NCBI GenBank assembly: GCA_036867785.1
Contig: CP145412.1
Location: 1,364,001-1,428,000, forward strand
Source: Plasmodiophora brassicae
Lineage: Eukaryota
DNA length: 64,000 bases
Reading direction: 5' to 3'
The notes under the pieces: generated by a model
Database searches by the model: none
What the model was told of the DNA's origin: nothing
Seen by the model: the letters and a program-made list of their open reading frames with translations, nothing else
Shown here: piece by piece, positions 23,418-35,700 of the stretch
Layout: every line of letters begins with the position of its first letter
Numbering within the stretch: the stretch's first letter is position 1
Program-made: the position numbers and the translations under genes

Positions 23418-24116
23418 CTAGGGCCCGCCGAACGAAATGAAACATTGACCCGTTTCATCGATATCGTCGTACGGCGGCGCGCCGGACGCTTGACCGCTGG
23501 CGCCATCGGTGGCCGTCATTGGTCGACCGAATGCCAGCTGCCGCGGTTCCTTGTGGCAGCCACAACACAACTGAACGTCCACTTCGTGACGGGAGTTGCT
23601 CAACAACACCGAACAGTAGTGACATCGGGGACGGCCATCATTTGGCTGCATTCTTGTTGGTGTCGAGGTTCCTGGATGACCGGGATCACGGCAGGGCACT
23701 GATGTACGATAGTCGTGGTGCTCCCTGATGTTGAAGCGGTTGCTGGCGATCCTAGATGGAGGATAGCGTGCACGACGCCGTCCGCGCGTTGACCATGCAA
23801 TGGGCGTCGTTGCTGGACCTGGAAGTTCAGCGGGCTCGTGTTCGTGCTGACCCGGATCTGCCTGCCTTGCCGACAACGCTGCCTCTGGCATATAGTCGAG
23901 ATACATGCCAGCGTGACTGTTTCCGTGCTCCAACCATAGGTGGTCATTCAGGGCCGGCTCGTCGTGGAACGTCGTCGTCCGACAAGGGGGGCAAAAGAAG
24001 CGCGCAGCGTAGTCGGCGTCACCGGCGTCATCGGCGGCGAATACCACGACGTCACCAGTGAGGAGCGCGATCAGCAGTGCGCAATGGTACAGGCACGTCA
24101 TCGTCACAGTATCCAA
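23418..24116 (-). CDS. Predicted secreted protein with a C2H2 zinc finger and a Cys cluster
   Basis: Hydrophobic leader CALLIALLTGDVVVFA; CPPC-x13-HLWLEH; basic RGRRRAR; CHYC...CCGCH. Intronless. Confidence 0.65.
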   Translation of the reverse strand: MDTVTMTCLYHCALLIALLTGDVVVFAADDAGDADYAARFFCPPCRTTTFHDEPALNDHLWLEHGNSHAGMYLDYMPEAALSARQADPGQHEHEPAELPGPATTPIAWSTRGRRRARYPPSRIASNRFNIREHHDYRTSVPCRDPGHPGTSTPTRMQPNDGRPRCHYCSVLLSNSRHEVDVQLCCGCHKEPRQLAFGRPMTATDGASGQASGAPPYDDIDETGQCFISFGGP

Positions 24117-24380
24117 CAGATCTCGAACGGATGCAGCGGGTTTCTCGACTGCGACCGCCCAGGCGCCAGAGGCCCAGATCCCTCCGGGCCCCGTGGCAAG
24201 CCCGGAGTTTTCCTACGTACTGCCCGCCCAAACCGATTCGGGGTCCCAAATCCTGTACTGCCTGTTGCCAGCACGCTTGGAATGTTCCAACACGCATGGA
24301 CGGAACAATTCGGCGTGCAACCTCGCACACGAGGACAGACTACTAAACACTTGTCATATAGAATATCGTATGGTCGTCTG

Positions 24381-26364
24381 TCACGAATTCAGTGTACGTA
24401 GGCTCGAAGAAGTCGTCATCGACGTCATCGGCGGCGATAGACACGTCGCGTCAAAATAAATATGATCGTCAAAAGGAATGCGAATACACTTTCCAGGAGC
24501 GCCATTGCTGCAGTACCGGTGCAGGTCAGTGTTCTGGAGCACGTCGCACAGTTAGGCTACCGTGCCATGCAGGCAGCGATGTAGCTCGTCACATCCGGGT
24601 GATGAGTGGTGAACAAAAAGGGCGGTAGAATTTGCAGGCGGCTCATCATCACTCAGGTTGGAATGTCACGCAGTGACCCGCGAGTCGCGTTTTTGGCGGA
24701 GTCGGCAGTCTGCATAGGACGAGGTCGCCCGGCTGTTGATGCTGCGAGCAGGAAGTGTCCGTCAGGTCAAGGGGTCGGTCCGCCACCTGTTTGGCGGGCC
24801 GCCTCGCATTAAGGAGTACCAGAAGGTGCGGTTGAACGACGTTGCCGCGACAGTCCCGGTCTGACGGCGGTTCTCGTGGCAGGCGATCCAGAGCGAGCAT
24901 GTGCCGACGTTCCTGAAGGTCTGGTTACGCATGTAGAATCGCGATGTGTCTGTAATGATTGGTAATGTCCGAAGAACAACTGGGGCAAGGCGACGTACGC
25001 GGTGGCATTCTGGGGCGTGTCCTTCGGCGTTGTTGGCACGCTGTGGATGTACAAGAACATGGTCTTGGGTGGGTATATTCCAGCGATTTATCGCGGGTTA
25101 ACGAAAATTAACAGCTCTATCTTCAGGTGTGAACAAGAATTGAGTGGCTGCTGGAGTGCGTCGTTCTCCAATACATTCCTACCGACCTTCACCGCGGCCA
25201 CGGCCGCTTCGTCCAACCAGACATCGAACAGTGCCGCTGGGAGGCATATTATACGTTTATTGAGCGCACCAGCCATATTGCAGGCGATCGACAATCTTCG
25301 GTCCTAGTCCATACGTACACAGGTGTCCGCACTGAGAATATGTCATGAGTGTCCAGCCTGCGGAGAGTCGCTGCTCGACGTGGCCAGGTCCTTATGGCAC
25401 TGCATGATGAAACGGCAATTCCTCCGGGGCGGGTATCGCTAATCTGATGAATATCATAGGCACACTTGGCGACGCTTTTCCAGCAGCGCCGACGTCGGGC
25501 CCCATAGCTGTGCGGACCGATTCGATAGCAATTTGACAACCATCATACTAGTTTCCTGGGCGAACTCGGCAACCCCTACAACGGAAACGGTTGGCCAATC
25601 GGATGAGGGGGGACGCCGAGCCCCCGCTTACCCTTCTGGGTGATATGAGCGTAGGTCAAGCAGAGTGTCTCCAGGCGGGGGCACTTGACGCTGATAGTCC
25701 TCAACGCTCGATCTGTGACGCCGTCTCGTTGTGCACTGCGGCACCGTCCTTTAAACAGAGTGAAATGCACCAGCTGTGGACATGCACTGGCGACGGCTCT
25801 AACGCCTACATCGCTGACCGACCCGCACCAGTCCACTTCGAATCGCTTCAAACGCCTCGACACGCACGCGGACAGGTCCACAAGGAACGCGTCATCAATG
25901 ACGCTGCCGCATCCAGTGAAGACCAGGTCGGTCAGGCGCCCTAATCTGGAGAATAACCTACAGAACGCCGGTCTGGGTAATCGACGCAGGTCGGCGCCCG
26001 TCAGCACCAACGACTGGACCGTGTTCGTGAAGCGCGCGTCGGTACCGGCACGGTGCAAGCGTTGCGATACGGGGGCGACCTTCGTGCATACCGATCGGAA
26101 ATCCAAGAACGTCAGAACGTGGGCGAGAAGGTCGTCAGGCAGGGCAGACAGTCGATCTCCCGCCCTGCTGACGCGCGTCACGGCTTGATCGAGTTTACCT
26201 GCTTGGCTTGTAAACAGCACCCGACACGGTCCGTTCCGTTCGACGCGTCGCAATGGAGCACCTTCACCTAGCACTGGCGATCGTCGTGGGCGCTTGCGTG
26301 CGTCATGGGTCGTAAATGCGCCCGGGCGCTTACGCGGAACTAGGAGCACGGTCACCATCATCAT
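24381..26364 (-). CDS. F-box/LRR protein, multi-exon
   Basis: F-box LSALPDDLLAHVLTFLDFRSVCTKVAPVSQRLHR, followed by cysteine-containing LRRs (CGSVSDVGVRAVASACPQL, VTDRALRTISVKCPRLETLCL). The 3' end is approximate. Confidence 0.75.
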
Positions 26365-26826
26365 TCTTGGAGAGGCAGCAGGTAGCGCGCCGGTTGACGT
26401 GTCGTTGTCGCGCACGTCCCTTACTCGAACACACACACGCACAAACACGCAGGCGCGACGATACGATCGAGCGGTACGCAGAGCCTATGACTATGGGAAC
26501 GCGCGGGCACTGTCGGGCAGCAGGGGCCACGCGACCCCCCCTTCAATACAGATTCCAGAATGATCCAGTATCTTGCCGATGATTCCACTGGGTATATTCG
26601 GATCTGATTGCTGCTTCCAGTGTTTGAGCGATTCGCTGGATCATCTGACGAGGACATCCGTTCCTGATAACGTCAACCTAATTGCCGGCAGCTCTAGACG
26701 CCAACCTATCGCTCCGGTAGGCGTGTGCGTCGGCGGCGGCGTCGCACAGCCTCTACGTCGTTCAGCGGCGCCCTACTTGCACCCGCAGCCGACCTTCGAA
26801 ATCACACGGGAATGCCCTCTGTCCGT

Positions 26827-27227
26827 TTAGGAGTCGCCTTCAAATGATAGTTCGCCATCATCGACTGCGGAATTGTCATCGTCGAGGGCGCCGATCTCGT
26901 CATCCGTCTCTTCAATGTCGTCCTCGTCGACATTGGGGTCGCCGTGGTCCATCAGCGGTGTGGACAGCTGGGCACGGGTATCGCCCGCCGACGCCTGCCC
27001 AGGGTCCCCGTCCGCCGCCATACAGTCGCTGGCGAGCTTCAGCGCCTCCAACTGCCCGACCCGTCAGCCACCCGCACGTCGCACATCGGCACCACCATCA
27101 CATCGACCTTCTTGGAATACAGGACCTCGAGCTTCTCCAGCGCCGCATCCTTCTCTGCCAACGACTCCGGCGGCGGCAGCGATGACGACGGCGGGCGCGG
27201 GACAAAGCGCGGCGGCGGCGCCAACAT
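26827..27227 (-). CDS. Small protein with acidic C-terminal tail, 2 exons (possibly APC15-like)
   Basis: MLAPPPRFVPRP...AEKDAALEKLEVLYSKK, a GT-AG intron, then LEALKLASD...DEDDIEETDDEIGALDDD. Confidence 0.5.
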
Positions 27228-27358
27228 CGCAGCACCGGGTCAGTCCGTGTGGTCCCGCCGTGCCATCGTTTCGAGCGAACTCCATCTACAGGCGACGACA
27301 GCGATGGGGCAGGAGCGCGCCCTCGTCCAAAGACGTTGTGTATACTGTGGCACAGCTG

Positions 27359-28654
27359 CTACGGCCGTGCCGTTGTTGCTATTGCCCGCGCCGCCTGGAT
27401 CACCTCGTCGACGTCGACGACCATGGGGGTATCGGCGGTTCCCGACCGCGCAACGACGCGTTCGTACCTGGCGCCGAGGGCGATCACGGTCTGGTGGTGG
27501 CATTCGTTATGGCTCCCGTCCGCCATGTTCGATGTGGGCGGCTGGATTTCGATCACGGCGACGCGGGCGGCATCGGCGAAGACGACGTTGGAGATCCCGG
27601 CGCCATGTGGCGCAACGATCAGATCGGCAACGTAATGCTTCCGGACGGCATCGTCCATGCTCTCGCTCGGGCCGTAAACGACAATGTCGGCATCCGGGAA
27701 CGTGTTCGCCAACGCCTTCACCAGGTCGTCGTGGTTGCTCAGCGACCTTGAACTGGATCGCTTCTGGACGACGATCCGCAACCTGGCATCGCGTTCGACG
27801 AGGTGTGCGCCGTTCCGGGCCGCCCATCGCTGTCGGAACACCCGGTTGAAGAATTGGACCGCGGGTGAACGCGCCTGCCCGCACCCGGTGGTGGCAGGCA
27901 CGATCAGGCGCCGGGCGAACCAGACGCGGTTCTCGTTGTACGAGATGACTCGCGACGGGTCGATACCGGCCAGGTCGAACAGGAAATTGCTGGCATCACC
28001 CATCGTGAACGCCAGGATGCGAATCGATGGGTCGGCGATGACGTCGTCGTAGACCAGCGCCAGGCGCATGAACTGCTCCATGAAGAAGTGGTAGAACCCG
28101 TACCCCCAGACCTGTACGATGGAGACGACGGTTCCAGATAGAAACTCACGTGGCCGGGACGCGTCCAAGTGCTTGATTGGATCGAAAGGCGGGTTGCCAC
28201 CAAAGCAGCCGCCTGGCGTCCATTGAAAGTCGCAGTTGTAGACGTAGGCGCGCTCCTGCGCCACGAACGCGTTGTTCAGGACGGCGACAGCTCCAGGGAG
28301 GGACGTGCCCCTGATGTCGACGTAGTCGAAGTCAGGCCGTTGCGTGAAGACATGATCGGCGAGACCGGGCGGTGGGACACCGTCGATGATCACCGGGGGA
28401 TGTTGCCGAATCTCGTCAGGGACGGCGAACGACTGAAGGGCGTCATCCGAATTGATAGGGCACCCCGGGGATGGAACCGCGTTATCAGTCCTCGACCTGG
28501 TGTTCATATTGGCCAGGCCGGCCGCCGCCTGCGTGCTTCGCTCTCTGTCGAAGGCGATGAGCAGAGCATGCCAGACGATTGTGATGACAACGATCATCCA
28601 GAGGAGCAGAAGCGCCGTCCTGAGCCGGACTGGCGCGCGAGGATGATGTGGCAT
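27359..28654 (-). CDS. Glycosyltransferase family 61-like type II membrane protein, intronless
   Basis: N-terminal TM, YHFFMEQFMRL, RSLSNHDDL, DLIVAPHGAGISNVVF (GT61 HGAG-N motif), and VIEI. Confidence 0.85.
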   Translation of the reverse strand: MPHHPRAPVRLRTALLLLWMIVVITIVWHALLIAFDRERSTQAAAGLANMNTRSRTDNAVPSPGCPINSDDALQSFAVPDEIRQHPPVIIDGVPPPGLADHVFTQRPDFDYVDIRGTSLPGAVAVLNNAFVAQERAYVYNCDFQWTPGGCFGGNPPFDPIKHLDASRPREFLSGTVVSIVQVWGYGFYHFFMEQFMRLALVYDDVIADPSIRILAFTMGDASNFLFDLAGIDPSRVISYNENRVWFARRLIVPATTGCGQARSPAVQFFNRVFRQRWAARNGAHLVERDARLRIVVQKRSSSRSLSNHDDLVKALANTFPDADIVVYGPSESMDDAVRKHYVADLIVAPHGAGISNVVFADAARVAVIEIQPPTSNMADGSHNECHHQTVIALGARYERVVARSGTADTPMVVDVDEVIQAARAIATTARP

Positions 28655-28759
28655 TGGGGGGAGACCGATCTGGACCAGCAGGCCGCCGTCGCTTTTCAAT
28701 CGTAATGGGGCTGCGCGTCACCCAGGCAGCACTGGAGGATCCGATGGAAGTTACACTGC

Positions 28760-28980
28760 AAGGCGGCGCCTGCTATCAGATTCCAGACGCGCACAATGTG
28801 AAACAATGTGCGGAATAGCCGAATAGGGCACACCACGTCCAATTCGCACACCCTTAAAAAACTCGACCCTCCCCTTCCCCCACTTTCCGACGTGCCTTTC
28901 GAACACATTCTTGTCCAGTGCCTTGGAGAGTAGGTCAGCCAGGTTCGTGTTACTCGGCACGTATTGAAGTCGTGCACGGG
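28760..28980 (-). mobile_element. Degenerate Ty1/copia LTR-retrotransposon 3' remnant (RNase H tail, polypurine tract, possible LTR piece)
   Basis: Minus-strand peptide RLQYVPSNTNLADLLSKALDKNVFERHVGKWG matches the copia RNase H end (VPT..NLAD..TK.L...F), immediately followed by the purine run GGGGGAAGGGGAGGG (28867-28881). Confidence 0.7.
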
Positions 28981-29757
28981 AGAAGTGGTACGGGTAGTCT
29001 TGAGCACGTCACGTCCTGAAATAGAGTAGCAGCGCTGTTGATTCGCGACACCCGCCTCATGCGGTGTGTACATCCACACTGCCGCACTTCCGCAGGAGCG
29101 CTCGGGGCGACGGTGTGTGCTTGAAGCTGTCTGACCTACCCAGGGTGTCGTCCTCGTATAGGCCAACCAGGCAGAGTACGTCGAGAACCCAACGGAGAGT
29201 CATTGAGGATCGCGCAAGACTTTCCCGTCCCGAGAGCGAGCGCTGATGGAAGACGTTCTGTGATTCGTATACAGCCTTAAGCGTCACCAGAATGAGGCCT
29301 GTACAGTGGCGCGTAATTCCAACTGTGGCGGTGTCTTCCGATCCCATTGACACAGCACATGTGTTGGGCATCTGAGAGATGCATGCCCAGGGCGCGGTGC
29401 ACCCAGCGACCGCGTTTCCTTCGCCGTACCGACATGCCAACCAACAACGATCAGGCTGGCAAGTACCAGTGGACGAAACGCCTTCGTCCCTACCCATTCT
29501 CTGGACGTTCCACTCATAAAAACGGTCACCGGCATTCTGCCAGCCTGCACGCATGGAGGAATGTCATCGCTGGGCCGAGTCTTGAGTGCTTGGCCGTTCG
29601 TCCTGCTTCCTGGCCTTGTCTGGCCGTTGGGCCGGGCTGGGGGGAAGGCCGAAGGGAAGATGGGGGCTCCCCCTCTGCTGACGCGCAGAATTCAGCGCGC
29701 CCGTCAGTTTGTTTTTGGGCGCGGCGGGCTGCCGGCGGCTCGTCCAGTTCGCCCAAG

Positions 29758-32700
29758 ATGGGAGAGGGCGTCGCAGCCTGTGCCGTCGACGTGGGCGCGG
29801 CGGAGGCGCCTCCCCCCGAAACCGACGCCATCATGGACGCCGCGGGTGCATGTCTGCGGCTGGAAGGGTTTGCTCCTCCAACGTTTGTGGAGTTTGGCCG
29901 TGTTCGCGTACGGGAGACCCACTGCGATGTGATGTGCGTGCCACTGTTCTGATCGCTTGGTGGTAGGTTGGTACGTCGTCACGTAAATCGTTGACCATTG
30001 TCAATCCTGGTAGATCTGCTCTGAGCGTCGTTATTGACCCGATTGCCGATCCCGCGTTCCAACTGGATCGCACCGTCCTTGACGTTGCTGAATGTGGAGG
30101 CCGTGCCGACGTCTTTATCACCTGGTCGCCGACAGAGGGAAACCCGGATGGCAAGAACGTGCGCGTGTCGCTCTCGTTACGATCGAATTCCCGTCAGAAA
30201 TTCAAAGTTGTCCTAACTGGTGCTTCTGTTCGGGGATCACACGATCCGAGACGAGGCACGCGTCCTCGGCGTAAATGGAATTCGACCAAGGCTAAACCAT
30301 CGAGGAACAACTTTGTCGATGAGAACGTTGATGACAACAGCGTCGTCGCGACCGAACCCGTCATGTCGACTGGGAAAGGAGTTGCGTGGACGGCTGATTT
30401 AGAAGCCCCATTGTCGAGACGGCTCCCTGATCCAGCCACAGACGTGCGTTGGAAAACTTGTGAGGGCGCTTCGGGACATCCTGTGGCAAGCGTCCCTACA
30501 AGTGTGGCTGTTGAAGGTGCTTGTGAAACGAAAAAGACAGACGAAGGCGAGGGCGATGGCGCTAACGTTGATTCGACCAAGACTCTTGGTAATGAGGTTG
30601 CGTCAGTTGCATGGAGTTCCAATGTACCATGCGACATTTCGGTCGCCGAGCTGCAGCCAAGCAACACTCATCTCTTCGCAAACGAAGGCGACGAACACGA
30701 TGTATCTGATATGGTGCCTGGGCCTGATGTCAAAAATAATTCGCCTGGCGACTCTCAAGCAGATGGAACGATTCATGCAGGCACCGACGAAATTGAAACC
30801 GGCGCTGCTACGATCAAAGGCAGGTCGGTAGCGTGGACATCAGAACACCCTCCAGAAGCCTCCGCTACTTCTCAGCAACCGAATCGGTCCTCCGCTCTCG
30901 TTCAGCGACGTGGGCACACACCCAAAACCGAGACCAATGGCGCGGACACGAGCGAAAGAAATGCCACTGGATCCGGCACTTGTGCAGCCAAAGGCAGGGT
31001 GATAGCATGGACAGCAGACCTGGATTCAGGTGCATCGATTCCCTCTCAGCAACCAAAGCGGGCTCCAACTGTCGGTCAGAAACGTGGCCATCCATCTTCC
31101 CGGACGGCAACGGCCCAACGTTCAGACACATCCGGAACGCGTTCCCGCAAAGCCCATGTCTCGAAAGCGATGGAACAAGTTGATGAAGGCAAGGCGCCGG
31201 TCTCGACTGCTACTGTCACAAAGCATCGCAGTCGCGTTAGCTCCGCAATCACTCGCGTGAAACATGGGCAACAGTCGGGTTATCACAGGCAACTTGCGTA
31301 TGACGAGCAGTGGATGGAAAAGCAAACAACTGGATTTGTTGCCTGGGTCAACTTCGTGTTCAAGCAGAGGGAGTTCCCGGAGTCGTTCATCAGCGGTATG
31401 ACGTTATGCGCATGTGAGATATTTGGCGCTGACAGGTTGCGTAGAGCGCGAAACGAGTACCACGTTCACTACGGCCGCTGAACGTCGTGCTCATGCGCAT
31501 CTGTTGCAGCGTGCGTTCTACTTTTATCGGTCACATCCCGTTCAGACCATTATCAGCAGACTGGAAAAGGCTGTATCGGAAGGCCAGCTGCGTATTCGGG
31601 ATGACATCCAGATGCTAAACGACCTTGGGCTGCGGGATCGTTTTGTGGGTATCCTGTCATCGTACCATAATGCATGGCTGCGACTGGCGCTTGAAACAGG
31701 CATGCTTTACTTCGTTTCGCTGGCGACAACCTATTACTGACACGTCTTTCAACCAGTGTACGGTGAATTTCTAGCCAAGTCCTTGTGCCTAAGGCATTTC
31801 ATTCAAACGCGGCTCCTGTCAAATGCTGAAATCGATCGAGAGCATGCGTACATGTACACTCCGCAAGGCCAACCCTTCTTTACCGAAGCTCATCAACCTG
31901 CAATGCGCTCTTTCGTCCTGAAAAAGTTTTTACAATTGGTTCTGTTTCTCGACATGGCTAAGACCCAGAGTAAGGACAACCTGTCGCTGTGCCCGGAGAA
32001 GCTAACATGCATGTGCAGACGTATTTCCTGTGTCGCCGCGGTTGTTCAACACCACCGGAACAATCAAGTCAACCAAAGCGGTTCTGTTCGAATTTTCTGC
32101 TGTGTTCATGGCCGGCATGGGTGATTTCGCCAGGGCGATTTTTCTGTCTTGTGGTTACGAGTGTGCGGCGTCGCAGTCACCTTTGGACGAATTCGACTTT
32201 TCCGTCAAGGATTTGGGGAACGATTTTCGTGATGGTGTGCGCCTGTGTGCTTTAGCAGATCGACCCGAAATATTTAAAAAGGTATTGTATCGCGAAACAC
32301 TGCCGTTTCTCTGCCTGAGCCGCCAGACAGATTCTACTGCCTGCCGTGAATACGACACGGAAGAAGCATAATGTTGGGCTTGCAATGCAAGCCTTTTTCG
32401 ATCAAGGCATTTCTCTGAACTCGGTACGTGTGTTCGAAATGGTGATGTCTCGTGAAGGCGATTAAGTAACGAACGTCAGTGTCCGGCCGATGAAATCGTA
32501 TCAGGAAACCGCGAACACACCCTTGACCTTCTTTGGAGAGTGGCGATTCAGCTCCGGATTCCTGCCCTTGTTGACGCTGCGACATTGTTCTGGGAGTCGC
32601 GGTTAATCGAACGTGATCTGACGAAGGATCGTTTGTCCGCGAAGGCAAATTTGGGCTCACCACCGATCATGTACCCTAATTGTCCTCAGTTGCAGGTAGG

Positions 32701-35700
32701 CATGCTGTACAATTGCTGTACTTGCTGTGCTGACGCTGTGCTTTTGTAATAGTGTATTCTGCGGTGGTGTAAGGCAATCTGCGCTCATTACGACGTACCA
32801 ATATTCAACTTCACTTCGTCATTCGCTGACGGGCGCGCGTTTGCCTTTCTTATTCACTACTATTACCCACAACTCGTCAGACGAGAAGATATCCGGGATG
32901 CACGACCGGCCCATCATGACGCTGTGCTTGGAGAGTGTGCCGATCGGCTTAGCAATGACATGCCATGGGCGGACTTTATCGATGTTTCATTGCCGTTCGA
33001 GGGCAGCTCGGTAAGCCTTGAGGCCGAGCGCTCTAACTTCCGCCTCGTTTCATCTGCCGTGAAGGAGCTAGGATGTATCCCTATGCTTGTTCCAATTCCT
33101 GGTCTGGGTCTCGTGTTGTAAATCAGATGCTCGCAGGCCTGATTGCTGTCGTGCAGGATCAAACTCGTTTCGCTCTGCCCCGGACGAGAAAGTGGTTGTC
33201 ATCTTCTTGTCTTACCTGTCTGCAAGACTTGTCACTCTCAGCCAAGAAGCGCATGCAGCCCGGAAAATTCAAAAAGCATGGCGCGCCCTGCGAATTTCCA
33301 GAATGACATCACGGTTCTATGGCTCTGCTGTTGTTGTTCAAGCTGGCCTGCATACGGTGAGCTCTTAATGTCCCCTTATCATCCGTCGGTTACTAATATG
33401 TCCTACAAGGTCCTACTGGGCAGAATACAAGCCGCTCGTCATATCATAATGGCCGCCTTGAAGTCGTACTCACTCTTGGTTGGTGCCAGAGCATGCTGCA
33501 ACGCGACTGTGACATTGGGGGCTGTGCTCGCGAATTACAGACCATGCCGTACGTGTGTCGGCCACTATAGATATGGTCCCATCGTGTGTTAACCATGTGG
33601 GCAGGGGATATGCAAAAGCACGTGGCGGTAAGAACGTTGCAGGCGAGCTTATTGTCGTCTTCGTTTGCTGCACATGTCAAACGCTGTATTGCGCAACGAC
33701 GATCTATATCGGTTCATCGCATTCAACGAGCTTGGAGGGGTTATCGTACGCGTGCAACGGCGTGCCGTTCGATTCAGGCGTTCGTCCGCGCCTGGCAGTT
33801 CGAGGTCTGTCACAAGGACCTCGACCGACTGCGTCAGGCACGGGCGTTGTCTGTTATTGGCCGTTCTGTCCGCACGTTCCTTGAGACGGTTCGTACGCGT
33901 CGATTACTTGCTTGCATTGCTCTCCAATCTTGTGTGTCTTCCCATTCTTCAGTCGTGCTCGTCACGCGTCTGTCACAGCTCCGTTACCGTTGCCGGGTGC
34001 ACACGGTACAGCGGGCGATTCGACGTTATTTGAACAAGCTTCGCTGTCGGCGCTTGCAATCAGCACTTGCCCTCCAGGCCGCCTTTTCCTCTCGCCATTA
34101 CGTACATGGCCATCGTCGACTGTGGGCTTCACGGCTATGCCGGGCGGTTTCTGTAATTCATGCTCGTGGTCGATTGTACCTGGAAGCTGTGAGGATGCGC
34201 CGTCTTCTTTCATGTCAGCTCATTCAATCCGGCTTTCGTTCGTATGCGACGAACCGTACCTTCACGTGCGTTTCGACCTTCATGAGACATCGTTATATTG
34301 TTATCTCGCAGAGACGCGCACGACAGTTCGTCCATCTGGTTCGTCATCGCCGGAGCGAGGCGTGTAGAACCCTTCAGGCGACGTTAACGACTTTGCGTGT
34401 ACGACAATTTGCCGTTCACCAGGTCGACCGTCGTTACAAACGGCAAATCGCTCGTGTACAACACCGCGCTCGCATCTTCATTGCCATGTGCCGGACACGT
34501 CGTTGGAGTGCCTGTGAATCGCTTCAGGCTTCATTCAAGACGGTTCAGGCTTCGCGGTCGTTTTCGACTCTGTCTGCTCGTCGCCATGCTCGCGCAGTTA
34601 CAACTTTGCAGAGGCATGTTCGTGCTTGGCGGCATCGAGCGTGGGAGCGCCGTCTAACCGCATCCACGACTCTGCAGGCAGGGCTTGCCGCCGTGCATGA
34701 AACGTGGAGGGCCGCTCGGCTGCTCCAACTTAGGAAACAGGTTTCCGCGAGGAGTGTCGTGCGTGCCGTGGTGTCGTTTGCTCAAACACGGAGCCTGCGA
34801 AAATTGAATGCGTCCCTTGTTCTCCAGTCCTCCCTCCGTGCTTTATCCACTGTTCGGATGTCTACTCGGCTTGCTTCCCTTCGCCAGATGGTGTTTGCTG
34901 TTGTTATACAGCGACGCGCCCGAGTTGTTATCGAACAGCGCAGACGTCGACGGTGCATGGCGTGCATTGCTCTTCAGTCCGCAATCGGGGCACTTCGTTT
35001 CTCGAGAACAGCACATCAGCAATTGTCTCACCGTCGTTTACGACATATTCTCGTCTGTCAGCGTGCAGCGGCCCGTTTCGTTTGCCGTGCGCGCGATCGT
35101 CGGCTATCCGCTTGTATGTCATTGCAAAGCGCGTTCCGATCAATGCGTTTCGTCTCCTGCATGCTGCGGCGAGTAAATCTGCGATCGACAATCTGTGCAC
35201 GTCGTATCCAGGAGAGAGCTCGTCTGTTCATTGCTAGATGCAACGAGCGTCGAATCTCCTCCGCTTCGACTTTGCAAGGCGCTCTCCGATCCCTTGAAGG
35301 CGCACAGACGTTCTCTCGGTTGAACGAAATGCGCATGCACCGCAGTATAATCCTGATACAACGGTGCATTAGGCGCCACCTTTGCAGAGTTCGAACTCGA
35401 CGTTCGAACGCTGTGTCCGTCGTTGAAGATGCCATCGAAACGTATTCCTGCATTCGCAATGCGAAAGTTTTGGTCAGTCTACGTCGCAGTCGGGCTGCAA
35501 GGGTCCTTTGCGATGCTCTTCGTCGATTTGTTTTCGCATCTCAGCAGCGCCGACTGCAAGCCAGCATTGCTCTCCAAGCGACGCTCAGCTCTGCTATTCA
35601 TGCTCGCCGATGTGCCATGCTCCTCACTGCGAAGCATCACCGCGCATCTGCAGTGCTCTGCCGCTTCTTCAGACGCTGTCGCGCCCGGCGTCGTCTGATG

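Noticed and set aside
26560-26644. SECIS element in the 3' region of the small acidic gene
   Set aside because: ATGA-to-AA spacing and the GA quartet do not fit, and there is no in-frame TGA candidate in that gene.
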